Source of the DNA: Bacillota bacterium
GTDB lineage: Bacteria; Bacillota; Clostridia; Peptostreptococcales; Anaerovoracaceae
Direction: 5' to 3'
Length of the DNA stretch: 64,000 bases
NCBI GenBank assembly: GCA_030530285.1
Contig: JAUMVD010000001.1
Span: forward strand, 26,273 to 90,272
In this document: piece by piece, positions 24,859 to 34,291 of the stretch
How the letters are laid out: every line of letters starts with the position of its first letter
Position numbering within the stretch: position 1 is the first letter of the stretch
Program-made: the position numbers and the translations under genes
Notes under the pieces: model-generated
Databases searched by the model: none
Seen by the model: the letters and a program-made list of their open reading frames with translations, nothing else
What the model was told of the DNA's origin: nothing

Positions 24859-26611
24859 AATAAAAACAATACTGAGAGATAATTTCAAAAAATACTGGAC
24901 GGTTCCGGCCCTTGGCCTTTTCTGGCTGCTGGTATGGGGATTCGTGCCGACTCTCCTGTCGGGAAGCGATATGGAGAACTTAAGGATGATGGCGGCTAAC
25001 GAGAATTTCGGATATGTTTCGGGCATTTTGATTCTGGCCATCGGAAGCGGCATGACGGTTTTCTCGTACCTCAGAGATCCGGGGGCGGCTAATTACATCC
25101 ACAGTCTGCCGGTAAGCAGGAAAAAGCTTTATCTCGCCAACATCCTCAGCGGCATCCTGATGATCGCAGGGCCTTTGGTCGTAAACGCGGCAGTCATGAG
25201 CGCTCTTGCGGGCAGCCTGCTGTTTGTGAAGTGGTTGATCATAACAGCTGTCAGCTGTTTTGCGATATTCTCCATCACCGTATTTGCGGCGGCGATAAGC
25301 GGCAACACGCTGATGCACCTGTTTAATTCCGGGCTGATATGCAGCCTGGTGACCGGCGTGACGGCGGTGATATATGCGGCGTGCCAATCATTATTGCTCG
25401 GATATGATACGCCTCGCGGACTGCTGAATTTTATGTATAACGCGAATCCGCTGATGCCGTTTATCAGTCCGGGAAAATCGATTGTGATGCTCGGTATCAT
25501 ATATCTGGCCGTGGGACTCGCCGCTCTTCTGATTGGGTGGCTGCTCTACGCCAGACGGCCAATCGAGCGTACGGGAAGCTCTCTGATTTTCCCTTGGACC
25601 AGAGCGGGGCTGCTGATCATATGTGTGTTCTGCGGAGCGATCCTTTCGGGATTGTTTTTTGCGGAGATATTCTCTGACTTGGAGAGTATCAAATTCGGCA
25701 GCGGCATGATCACAGGAATGGTCATCGGCGCATTGATCGTTTTCGTCGTGGGAAGCGTCATGATCGACCGGTCTGCCAGGATCTTCACCAAGCGAAATCT
25801 GATTCCGGCAGCGCTTTCGCTGGTACTGGCCTTTGCAGTCACTGCCGGCCTCAGCGCGGACATTACCGGATACGGCAGCAAAATCCCGGCGGCAAACGAG
25901 GTGGAGACGGCCTATGTGGATCTGTCATCCATCGATCTGTTCGGCACAATGGGTGAGATGGGCGCAGAGAGCGGTGGATATCAATTCCGATACGACGCGA
26001 ACAATTATATCCTTGACGGCGCAGGTACCTATAAGTTTCCGGACACCGAAATCAAGGTCATCGGCATGAACAGCGGGGATACGATCGACGCGGTCAGAGA
26101 TTTGCATAAAAGCCTGATGAATCAGGATAGTGAAAATGGTTCCTGGGATGACGATGTGCAAATCGTTTACCAATTGAAGAATGGGAAAGAGATGAGACGC
26201 TGCTATTCGATTTACACATCCAATTCCGATGCGAAAGATCCGAGAAAATATATCGATCCGGCAGTCAGAGGCGCAGCCAAAAAAATCTATGAGTCCGAGG
26301 AATTCAAAACCAGATACAGCCTTCACAACATAAAGCCGGGGCTTTTGGAACACAGTATGTTTACCTATAACAGGACTGTATATAAAAACGGGCAGGAACA
26401 GGATGAGTACATTCAGATACCGAATCAGAAAGTTCCGGAGCTGATCAAAGCCATGGAACAGGATTTCCAGGAAAACAGCTATGAGGAGAGCCTGGTCTAT
26501 GAGACATTCATAGACGTAACACCGAATGATTATTTCTACGGTGATGGATTGATACTGGCAATCACAAAGGATTCGAAACATACGAAAGCATGGCTCGATG
26601 ACAATCTCTAA
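24833..26611 (+). CDS. ABC-2-like polytopic membrane protein with a C-terminal extracytoplasmic domain
   Basis: Listed ORF 24629..26611 trimmed to the ATG at 24833, 6 nt after GGAGGTGAG. The upstream extension overlaps the ATPase gene and is not hydrophobic. Confidence 0.65.
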   Translation: MRSMTSSSEIKTILRDNFKKYWTVPALGLFWLLVWGFVPTLLSGSDMENLRMMAANENFGYVSGILILAIGSGMTVFSYLRDPGAANYIHSLPVSRKKLYLANILSGILMIAGPLVVNAAVMSALAGSLLFVKWLIITAVSCFAIFSITVFAAAISGNTLMHLFNSGLICSLVTGVTAVIYAACQSLLLGYDTPRGLLNFMYNANPLMPFISPGKSIVMLGIIYLAVGLAALLIGWLLYARRPIERTGSSLIFPWTRAGLLIICVFCGAILSGLFFAEIFSDLESIKFGSGMITGMVIGALIVFVVGSVMIDRSARIFTKRNLIPAALSLVLAFAVTAGLSADITGYGSKIPAANEVETAYVDLSSIDLFGTMGEMGAESGGYQFRYDANNYILDGAGTYKFPDTEIKVIGMNSGDTIDAVRDLHKSLMNQDSENGSWDDDVQIVYQLKNGKEMRRCYSIYTSNSDAKDPRKYIDPAVRGAAKKIYESEEFKTRYSLHNIKPGLLEHSMFTYNRTVYKNGQEQDEYIQIPNQKVPELIKAMEQDFQENSYEESLVYETFIDVTPNDYFYGDGLILAITKDSKHTKAWLDDNL

Positions 26612-27498
26612 TCGGACATGATGCGGCTCATCCATTCTCTGGTGAAGTCGGCAAAATTCAGAATGGATTTCGTCAACAGGTTCTTGTTTTTAACAGCGAG
26701 AACGATATGACGTCTGGCAGGAAAGGCAAGGGGTCTTACAGACACCTTGTCTTTTACGTCATTGAGAATCATTTGCGGCAATACGCTGATTCCCAGTCCG
26801 TGCTGGACCATATTGATTACGGCGAAATCATTGGACTCGGAATAAGCAACGTCAGGCGTAATATGATACTCGTCGAATATCTCCGATATTTCCGGCACCT
26901 GATTGATACTTCCTTCATTGAGTTTGATAAATGGATAAGACATGAGGTCATCAGCGGTGACCTTTTTCTTTTTTTGAAGCGGATGTCCGATGGGCATGAT
27001 TGCCAGCATTTCTTCAAATCCCAAATCATAATATGGCAGTGGATAATCAGGGGAAGGACAGTCAAAGGTCAGGTCGATATCACCATTCAGAAGCCATGTG
27101 CGGAGTTCTTCTGTCGTACCATCTCTCGGTTCGATCCGGATACCGGGGTATCGTTCACGAAATTCACTGAGTATTTGAGGCAGACACATGACCGATATGG
27201 TATTGAAGGAGCCAATACGAATAAGGCCGGTTTCAAGCCTTTGCATGTCTTCTACCTGCCGGTAGAGGCTGTCGTAGGAGGATTTGATCTCTCTAAAATA
27301 AGGCATAAGCTGTTGGCCCTCGGCGGTGAGATAGGCGCCTTTTTTTTCGCGGACGATCAGTTTATATCCGCAGTCGGATTCCAGTTTATCGATCAGTTGT
27401 GTGATCCCGGATTGTGTGTAACCCAGACTCTGGGCAGCGCGGCTCAGGTTGCCCAGCTCTACGGCTGCTATGATGGCGCTGAATTGCGAGTAGCTCAT
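26608..27498 (-). CDS. LysR-family transcriptional regulator
   Basis: N-terminal HTH FSAIIAAVELGNLSRAAQSLGYTQSGITQLIDKLE and a 296-aa length. Confidence 0.85.
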   Translation of the reverse strand: MSYSQFSAIIAAVELGNLSRAAQSLGYTQSGITQLIDKLESDCGYKLIVREKKGAYLTAEGQQLMPYFREIKSSYDSLYRQVEDMQRLETGLIRIGSFNTISVMCLPQILSEFRERYPGIRIEPRDGTTEELRTWLLNGDIDLTFDCPSPDYPLPYYDLGFEEMLAIMPIGHPLQKKKKVTADDLMSYPFIKLNEGSINQVPEISEIFDEYHITPDVAYSESNDFAVINMVQHGLGISVLPQMILNDVKDKVSVRPLAFPARRHIVLAVKNKNLLTKSILNFADFTREWMSRIMSD

Positions 27499-27512
27499 GT
27501 GGTCTCCTTAAT

Positions 27513-27562
27513 ATAAGTAAAACTTATTAAAATTATAATAAAGTACCGTTTTACTTATTATA
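27513..27562. promoter_or_regulatory. AT-rich palindromes in the LysR divergent region (candidate LysR T-N11-A type sites)
   Basis: ATAAGT-AAA-ACTTAT at 27513-27. TATAATAAAGTA-CCGTTT-TACTTATTATA at 27534-62. Confidence 0.35.
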
Positions 27563-27626
27563 AGCCATAGGATATAGTAGAGTCAAGAAGAGACTACTAA
27601 AGAAAGATTTCAAGGAGGTAAATGAA

Positions 27627-27872
27627 ATGTTAAACGAAAGAATGATGAACAGACAGTACAACATAGCAGCTTCCATGGAACCTGCTTTCCCGAATGATAT
27701 GGACCTGAGAAACAGAATGATCCAGCAGTACATGAAGGCGGCATTCGACAGAATGAATGTGAAAGTCGATGAAGATACACTTTCAAGATATATTGCAGCA
27801 AGGACCGGAGAAGTCATGAGAAACGTATGCGCGGCGAACAGAATCATAAACGAAGCCGGCGCGAGAATCTGA
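27627..27872 (+). CDS. small hypothetical protein (81 aa), divergent from the LysR gene
   Basis: SD AAGGAGG precedes the ATG by 8 nt, and a terminator follows. Confidence 0.5.
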   Translation: MLNERMMNRQYNIAASMEPAFPNDMDLRNRMIQQYMKAAFDRMNVKVDEDTLSRYIAARTGEVMRNVCAANRIINEAGARI

Positions 27873-27918
27873 AATCGGACAGAAGATTAAAATAATTCCT
27901 CAATATAAAACCAGAAAA

Positions 27919-27947
27919 GCCGCAGGCGGGAAGGCCGGCGGTTTTTC
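27919..27947 (+). terminator. rho-independent terminator
   Basis: GCCGCAGGC-GGGAAG-GCCGGCGG (one internal mismatch) followed by TTTTTC. Confidence 0.5.
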
Positions 27948-28008
27948 TTTACCTTTGTGGATATTAAAGGTATAATGACTATGTATGCAACATAAAGAGG
28001 TGAACAAG

Positions 28009-29226
28009 TTGGGACGAAAGAAATCCATTACATCTATACTAATAGTATTACTGATCATGCTGGGGCTTTCAGGATGTACGACATTTGATAATTTTAAGGA
28101 AGCCTTTATCGATAAACCCCAGGATAAAGATACCACGGTATTCATCGGCGTGTTTGAACCCATGTCGGGCTCCGATAAGGAGGCGGCCTCAGCAGAGGTT
28201 GAAGGCATCGAGCTGGCTTATGAAATGTACCCGACCGTCAAAGGCAAAAGCGTTGAGCTGGTTTACGCCGACAACAGTTCTGATATAGATGCCGCGGAGA
28301 CGGCGGTGAGCACGCTGATTTCCAAGGAACCGACCATCATACTCGGCAGCTACGGCAACGTGTATTCACTGGCCGCCAGCAGCTATATCAAGGAAGCGCA
28401 GATTCCGGCCATAGCCATCACCAATACGAATCCGCTGATCACAAAAAACAACGACTATTACTGCAGAGTCTGTTATGTGGATTCGAATCAGGGCGACCTG
28501 CTGGCCAATTACGTGCTGAACGACAGGAAAGAAAAAACAGCCGGGGTTCTGGTGCCCGGAGGGGACGATGCCGCTCAGGCGGAAGCCACTGCCTTTGCTG
28601 ACAGAATGAGAGCCGAAACGGGTAACGATGACGCCATCACCGTGTATGAATATTTCGAGGCCGGAAGCAAGGACTTCTCCAAGGAACTGGGTAAAGTCCG
28701 CAGAGCCGGAGTCAAACAGGTGATGCTGTCAGGGGAGATGCCGGACGCGGCGAACATCATCAATCAGGCAGCGGAGATGGGTCTGGATGTACAGTTCCTG
28801 GGAAGCACCGACTGGGGCAGCGAGGAGTTCAGACAGATGCTGGGAAGCTCGGTCAAGTCCAGCAATATGGCCTTTGTCCAGTTCTTCGCGGCGGATGGAG
28901 ACGCGGTCACAGCGAATGTCAACCAGCAGAAGGAGACTTTCCTCAAGGCATATCAGAAGAAGCACGGAGCCAAAACCGAGCCGGAGGATGCCGTCGCGCT
29001 GGGGTATGACGCTTACTGTCTGGCCCTGGATGTCATCAACAAATCCCCGGACGATGCCACCGGCAAAGACATCAGAAACCTGCTGACGGGACCGCAGTAC
29101 CAGTACGAGGGAGCCAGCGGCCTGATCTACTTCAGCAGCATCGGCGACCCGATCAAGACGGCCTATATCAGTACATGGGTCGAAGGTAAAGTCCATACGC
29201 TCTACACGGTAGAGCCTATCGAATAA
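28009..29226 (+). CDS. ABC transporter substrate-binding lipoprotein (LivJ / branched-chain amino acid-binding type)
   Basis: TTG start 6 nt after AAGAGGTG. Lipobox LGLSGC. The listed ATG at 27985 lies only 9 nt after a TATAAT (27971-76) and has no SD. Confidence 0.7.
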   Translation: MGRKKSITSILIVLLIMLGLSGCTTFDNFKEAFIDKPQDKDTTVFIGVFEPMSGSDKEAASAEVEGIELAYEMYPTVKGKSVELVYADNSSDIDAAETAVSTLISKEPTIILGSYGNVYSLAASSYIKEAQIPAIAITNTNPLITKNNDYYCRVCYVDSNQGDLLANYVLNDRKEKTAGVLVPGGDDAAQAEATAFADRMRAETGNDDAITVYEYFEAGSKDFSKELGKVRRAGVKQVMLSGEMPDAANIINQAAEMGLDVQFLGSTDWGSEEFRQMLGSSVKSSNMAFVQFFAADGDAVTANVNQQKETFLKAYQKKHGAKTEPEDAVALGYDAYCLALDVINKSPDDATGKDIRNLLTGPQYQYEGASGLIYFSSIGDPIKTAYISTWVEGKVHTLYTVEPIE

Positions 29227-29269
29227 ATCAAGTAATCAAAGTAATAAAGAATCATAAAGGAGAAAACAA

Positions 29270-29494
29270 ATGGAAAAGAAAATCATGGAAGCATTGGATC
29301 AGATCAGACCATTCCTGCAGAGAGACGGCGGAGACATCGAATTCGTTGAATATACTGATGACAACATCGTTAGAGTAAGACTGCAGGGTCACTGCGCAGG
29401 CTGCCCGGGCGCTCAGATGACGATCAAGGGCGTTGTTGAGAGAATCCTCAAGGAAAGCTATCCGGAAGTTGCCGGCGTTGAAGCCGTACAGTAG
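29270..29494 (+). CDS. NifU-like (Nfu C-terminal domain) Fe-S cluster protein
   Basis: 74 aa; CAGCPG motif in LQGHCAGCPGAQMT. Confidence 0.8.
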   Translation: MEKKIMEALDQIRPFLQRDGGDIEFVEYTDDNIVRVRLQGHCAGCPGAQMTIKGVVERILKESYPEVAGVEAVQ

Positions 29495-29518
29495 TTCCGC
29501 GAAAAGCAGGGGAGCAGG

Positions 29519-30949
29519 ATGGATTTATTAGAACAGGTAAATCAAAAAATAGAAGAAAACAAGGCAGAGATGATATCATCTCTGTCTCAGCTTATTGCGA
29601 TACCAAGTGTCGCCACCGATGAAAAAGGGTTCAGGCCATTTGGCGAACATGTCCAGAATGCGTACAGCCGGATGCTGGATATGGCGCAGGGTGATGGATT
29701 CTCCGTTTATAATGCGGACAATTATGGGGGACACATTGATTTCCCCGGCAAAGGCGAAGGAATCGCCGGCATCGTGGGGCATCTGGATGTGGTGCCTGAA
29801 GGGGACGGATGGGACTTCGAGCCCTATGGCGGAGCGGTGATAGACGGCTTCGTGTGCGGCAGAGGAACGGTAGACGACAAAGGCCCCGTCATCGCGTCCT
29901 ATTATGCCATGAAAGCCCTCAAAGAATGCGGATTTGAGCCGGATAAGACCATCCGGCTGATTCTCGGTCTGGACGAGGAGACGAACTGGGACGGCATGAA
30001 GTATTACCTGTCACAGGTGCCGGATCTGCCAGACTGCGGGTTCACTCCCGATGGTGATTTCCCCGTTATCCACGCCGAGAAGGGGATTCTGGTATTCGAC
30101 CTCGTCAAGAAGCTTCCCGCATCCAGGGGCAAAGGCCTGGAACTCAGTTCCATCAAAGGCGGAACGGCTGCCAATTCGGTACCTGATTATGCCAGAGCCG
30201 TCGTCAATGATACGGCGGGCTCCGGATACGCGCTGATCAAAGAAATGGTAGCCAATGCCCGCACGGAAAAGGGCTGGAAGATCAACTGCAAAGGCGTCGG
30301 AAAGAGCTTTGAGATATCGGTCAAAGGCGTTTCCGCCCATGGCGCCCACCCGGAACGGGGTGAAAACGCCATCAGCATATTGATGGACTTCCTGAGCAGG
30401 CTGAATTTCCTGAACGACGGCGCGGCAGACTTCATAGAATTCTACAATAAACGCATCGGGTATGACCTGAAAGGCGCAAACATCGGTTGCGAAATGCACG
30501 ATGAGCTGTCGGGTGATCTGGTCTTTAATGTGGGCATGATAGATGTGGACCGCAATACGGCCAGACTTACCATCAACGTCAGATACCCGGTCACCTGCGA
30601 AGGAGAGCAGGTATATGACCGGCTTTTGCCGGTGCTCTCGGAGTATGATATCGGCGTGGTCAAGGGCAAGCATCAGCTGCCTTTGTATGAAGACGCGGAA
30701 AGCGACCTGATCACCACGTTAATGGATATATACAGGAAACATACAGGCGATCTCGAAAGCCGGCCGCTGGTGATAGGCGGAGGCACCTATGCCAGAGCGA
30801 TGGACAATATCGTCGCCTTCGGCGCCAGGTTCCCGGGGCAGAAAGAGCTGGGCCATCAGAAGAATGAGTGCATTTCCATCGATGATCTGATGAAACTGAC
30901 CAGGATATACGCGGAAGCAGCCTATGAATTATCTAAAGTCAAAGTATAA
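29519..30949 (+). CDS. pepV: M20-family dipeptidase (PepV/Sapep type)
   Basis: GHLDVVPEGDGW, GRGTVDDKGP, and a typical 476-aa length. Confidence 0.8.
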   Translation: MDLLEQVNQKIEENKAEMISSLSQLIAIPSVATDEKGFRPFGEHVQNAYSRMLDMAQGDGFSVYNADNYGGHIDFPGKGEGIAGIVGHLDVVPEGDGWDFEPYGGAVIDGFVCGRGTVDDKGPVIASYYAMKALKECGFEPDKTIRLILGLDEETNWDGMKYYLSQVPDLPDCGFTPDGDFPVIHAEKGILVFDLVKKLPASRGKGLELSSIKGGTAANSVPDYARAVVNDTAGSGYALIKEMVANARTEKGWKINCKGVGKSFEISVKGVSAHGAHPERGENAISILMDFLSRLNFLNDGAADFIEFYNKRIGYDLKGANIGCEMHDELSGDLVFNVGMIDVDRNTARLTINVRYPVTCEGEQVYDRLLPVLSEYDIGVVKGKHQLPLYEDAESDLITTLMDIYRKHTGDLESRPLVIGGGTYARAMDNIVAFGARFPGQKELGHQKNECISIDDLMKLTRIYAEAAYELSKVKV

Positions 30950-31727
30950 CAGCAGAAGGACGTTCTACAAAGTATTGGCGGGTGCCATCGCGGTAAACCT
31001 CGCCCTTATTGGCGTGCTCATCGGAACCCAGATCATCGTCAAGGATATCACCGTTACCGTCAACGGCAAGACGGCGCTGTATAAAACAGCAAAGGCTTCG
31101 GTGGACGAGATGCTCTCAGGCTGGAACGTCAGCCTCGACAAGAAGGATGTCGTGGATCCGGGAAAGACGGCGAAGCTCCAGGACGGCATGGATGTCAATA
31201 TCAAGCTCTATGAAGTCAAGGAAGAAACCGTCGAAGAAGAAACAAAATTCAAAACCAAAGAGTCATACACTTCCGACATCATGGAAGGGGAAAAGCGTGT
31301 GACGCAAAAGGGCAAAAAAGGCATCGACAGCGTCACATATAAGGTAACTTATCTGGGCGGCGAAGAACAGAGCCGCAAGGAGATCGGGCGAAAGACGATC
31401 AAGGAGCCGGTCACAGAGAAAATCGAGCTGGGAACGGCCGTATCCTATGACGGCGTGAAATACAGCCGGGTGATCACCGTCGTGGCAACGGGATACACCC
31501 ATACGGGAAACAGAACGGCTACGGGAACTCATCCTCACAGAGGAACCATGGCAGTTGACCGGGGCGTGATCGCCATGGGATCCTATGGCTATGTGCCGGG
31601 ATACGGCGAGGTCCACGCTGAGGATACCGGCGGCGCCATCAGAGGCAACCGCATCGACCTGTTCTTTGAGACCAGAGGCCAGGCAATCTCCTGGGGAAGA
31701 CGAACCGTCAGCTTATACATCAAATGA
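30924..31727 (+). CDS. G5 + 3D domain cell-wall-associated protein (YabE/Rpf-like)
   Basis: N-terminal TM segment. G5-like VTQKGKKGIDSVTYKVTY. 3D domain ATGYTHTGNRTATG...AEDTGGAIRGNRIDLFF. Confidence 0.75.
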   Translation: MNYLKSKYNSRRTFYKVLAGAIAVNLALIGVLIGTQIIVKDITVTVNGKTALYKTAKASVDEMLSGWNVSLDKKDVVDPGKTAKLQDGMDVNIKLYEVKEETVEEETKFKTKESYTSDIMEGEKRVTQKGKKGIDSVTYKVTYLGGEEQSRKEIGRKTIKEPVTEKIELGTAVSYDGVKYSRVITVVATGYTHTGNRTATGTHPHRGTMAVDRGVIAMGSYGYVPGYGEVHAEDTGGAIRGNRIDLFFETRGQAISWGRRTVSLYIK

Positions 31728-32554
31728 CAGAACACATAAACCCTGAACACATCAAAGGAAATACATACATGACCAGACTCGGTCATACGGATGTGGGCCT
31801 GTATATCAAAGGGAATGAGGCCGTGTTGATCGACACCGGCAGCGAGGAAGTGCCGGAACTGATCCGCTGGTTTGAAGATCATGATATCAAACCGAAGGCC
31901 ATCATCAATACCCATCTGCACATCGACCACATCGGATGCAATCAACTTCTCTGCGAGCGGTACGCCTGCAGAGTTTTTGCGTCGGGAGACGAAATCCGCC
32001 ATGAGAACGACGCGGGGTATACGGACAGCAGCGGGGTTTGCGTAAACGACGATAACGGCCCGCTCCATATCGATGAGGATGCCTTCGAGATCATATCCCT
32101 CAGAGGACATTCGGAGGGACACCAGGCGGTGGTGAGCCCGGACGGTGTTTGCTTCCTGGGAGATGCGGTCATGTCCATCGACAAACTGAACAAGACGAAA
32201 ATGCCGTATCACTACGACCTGAAAGACTCGCTGGCTTCCATGGAGAAGCTGCAAAAGCTGGCGACGGCTCGTCCGGATTTCGTTTATGTGATCTCCCATT
32301 TCGGTGTATACGACCGTGACGGCATCATCGCCGTATCTGAAGCGAATCAACAAAAAGAGCTGGCGCTGATGGAAGCAGCGGCCAGCCTTATGGATGAACT
32401 ATCGCAGAAACATCTGCGGCATATGCGCCGTGACAAACTTGCCTCGCTGTTTATGGACCGCATCGGCATATCCAGAGAAAAACAGGATATTTACTGGGTG
32501 CAGGAAACGGCGAGGGAGAGAGTCGGATATGTATGCGGCGAAACCATCATCTGA
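31724..32554 (+). CDS. MBL-fold metallo-hydrolase
   Basis: NTHLHIDHIGCN (HxHxDH) motif. Confidence 0.8.
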   Translation: MTEHINPEHIKGNTYMTRLGHTDVGLYIKGNEAVLIDTGSEEVPELIRWFEDHDIKPKAIINTHLHIDHIGCNQLLCERYACRVFASGDEIRHENDAGYTDSSGVCVNDDNGPLHIDEDAFEIISLRGHSEGHQAVVSPDGVCFLGDAVMSIDKLNKTKMPYHYDLKDSLASMEKLQKLATARPDFVYVISHFGVYDRDGIIAVSEANQQKELALMEAAASLMDELSQKHLRHMRRDKLASLFMDRIGISREKQDIYWVQETARERVGYVCGETII

Positions 32555-33812
32555 GATGGTTTTTCAAAAGCTCCGCAAACAGGCCGGCGTTCTCATCGCT
32601 GGCAAACATGGCTCTGGCGCTGACATCGTTTCCGCCGCCTTTGCCCTGATAGAAATTCGCGTATTCGCGAACCAGCTGTCCGCATTTGATGCTGCCGTCA
32701 GAAACCAGCACATAGGACGCTGCGGGCACGGAGTAGAGAAGCAGCAGTTTACCGCCGGTGCGGTCGCTTCCCATATATGACTTCGCCATGTTGAAGGCGT
32801 CATCTACAGAAAAGTGCTCCAGCGGGCAGACAACCACATTTTCGTCTGTCTCCGCAATCATCTGATCCAATCTGGCCGACTCGATCTCGGTGAACGCTTT
32901 TTTGAGCTGGAACAGTTCGTTCTTTACCGAAGCTAGGTGTTCTTCCTGGGCGTGGATCTTTTTAGGAAAATCGTCAATAGACGATGAGTATCTGTTTGCA
33001 AGGTCTGTAAGCATATCGTGCTTAAGATCGTAATCCTTAAGCGCTCTTTCTCCGGCCTCGAAATAGATCCGGAACATCTCTTTGTATTTCTCAACTTTAT
33101 AGATTTTGATCAGCCCCACCTGGCCCGCCGTGGACGGGTGCGTGCCGCAGCAGGCGACGCAGTCGGCGGCATTTTCGGGTGAGCCCACGCAGACGATGGA
33201 AATGTCCTCATCAAAAGCCAGCTTCTTTCTGAGCGGGAGCTTTTCGGCTTCCTCACGGGAATCGAATCGCATCACGATGACAGGGGCGTTGGACCAGATC
33301 ACCTGGTTGGCCAGCTGTTCACAGTGGAGCGCCAGCTGCATGTCGATCACAGAAGGTCTGGTGCGGTCAGGATTTGTTGGCTCGTCTTCCAGACTGATGT
33401 CGATGGTCATATAATCCTCACCCATGTGGAATCCGCGGTTTACGCCGCCGCATTCCTGGTAGAAAATGCCCGACAGAATATGTTCCCCGCAGTGGCGCTG
33501 CATGTTATCAAAGCGCCTGTCCCAGTCGATGCCGCACTTGACGGCGTCTCCGGCAGAGAAGGCTGCCCCCTCAGGAGCATCGGCAATGGCAATGGTGTGG
33601 GCCACATCTTCACCATCTTCCTGTACATCCGTAACCCGGGCCCGCAGCCTGCCGTCACTTGAGCAAATATATCCCACATCGCAGGACTGTCCGCCGCCCT
33701 CCGGGAAGAAGGCGCTTTCCGTCAGATAAACGGTGTCTTTCTCGATTCTGGAAATAGTGGTTTCCCATTCTTTGATATAAACGTCCTGCTGATATAATTT
33801 TGTCATCTTCAT
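32547..33812 (-). CDS. AlaX-L-type alanyl-tRNA editing protein (ThrRS/AlaRS second additional domain + DHHA1)
   Basis: Trimmed to the ATG at 33812, which follows AGGGGGA. Zinc motifs HCGEH and CCGTH. C-terminal GKGGGN (DHHA1). Confidence 0.7.
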   Translation of the reverse strand: MKMTKLYQQDVYIKEWETTISRIEKDTVYLTESAFFPEGGGQSCDVGYICSSDGRLRARVTDVQEDGEDVAHTIAIADAPEGAAFSAGDAVKCGIDWDRRFDNMQRHCGEHILSGIFYQECGGVNRGFHMGEDYMTIDISLEDEPTNPDRTRPSVIDMQLALHCEQLANQVIWSNAPVIVMRFDSREEAEKLPLRKKLAFDEDISIVCVGSPENAADCVACCGTHPSTAGQVGLIKIYKVEKYKEMFRIYFEAGERALKDYDLKHDMLTDLANRYSSSIDDFPKKIHAQEEHLASVKNELFQLKKAFTEIESARLDQMIAETDENVVVCPLEHFSVDDAFNMAKSYMGSDRTGGKLLLLYSVPAASYVLVSDGSIKCGQLVREYANFYQGKGGGNDVSARAMFASDENAGLFAELLKNHLR

Positions 33813-34058
33813 GTTTTTAAATCCCCCTAAAAATAGCAAGTCTATGAATAGAAGTTTAATCATCATAAGCAAAAAAGTCAAATTAAGCATTGTAGAGAGT
33901 GTGAGCAAAGGAGTATAATAACGTTAAGATTACTAATTTGCGGTGACAAATAATATTTTCGTGGAAAAATGTGAAAATAGTTACAAAACGCCCGCAATCC
34001 CCTAAAATGGGGGATTTGTGACGGTTTGCATCACAATAATAAAATTGTTCGCTGAACC

Positions 34059-34189
34059 TGTGGAAAAACAAGTATCTAAAATAGTACTTGACATGTAAAA
34101 CCGTTGAAATTTCAACAATAGTAAAAAAATGGTTATCCACAGCACCCTTTGGATAAGATTGTATACAATCCTGAAAAAACTGTGGATAA
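34059..34189. promoter_or_regulatory. DnaA-box cluster (2 perfect boxes + 2 one-mismatch boxes)
   Basis: TGTGGAAAA at 34059-67, TTATCCACA at 34133-41 (perfect), TTTGGATAA at 34148-56, and TGTGGATAA at 34181-89 (perfect). Confidence 0.55.
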
Positions 34190-34291
34190 ACCCCAAAAAC
34201 CTTAAAATATTAGGCTTTTTGGATTGTTGAACCAAATATTTACAAAAAAGAACATTGGTTGACATAAAACCAGAAAATAGAGGAGCCAGAT

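Noticed and set aside
33960-34189. Calling the DnaA-box cluster the chromosomal origin (oriC).
   Set aside because: No dnaA, dnaN or other origin-linked genes flank it. There are only two perfect boxes, I did not recognise a clear AT-rich unwinding-element repeat, and I cannot compute GC skew here. It is kept as a finding only.
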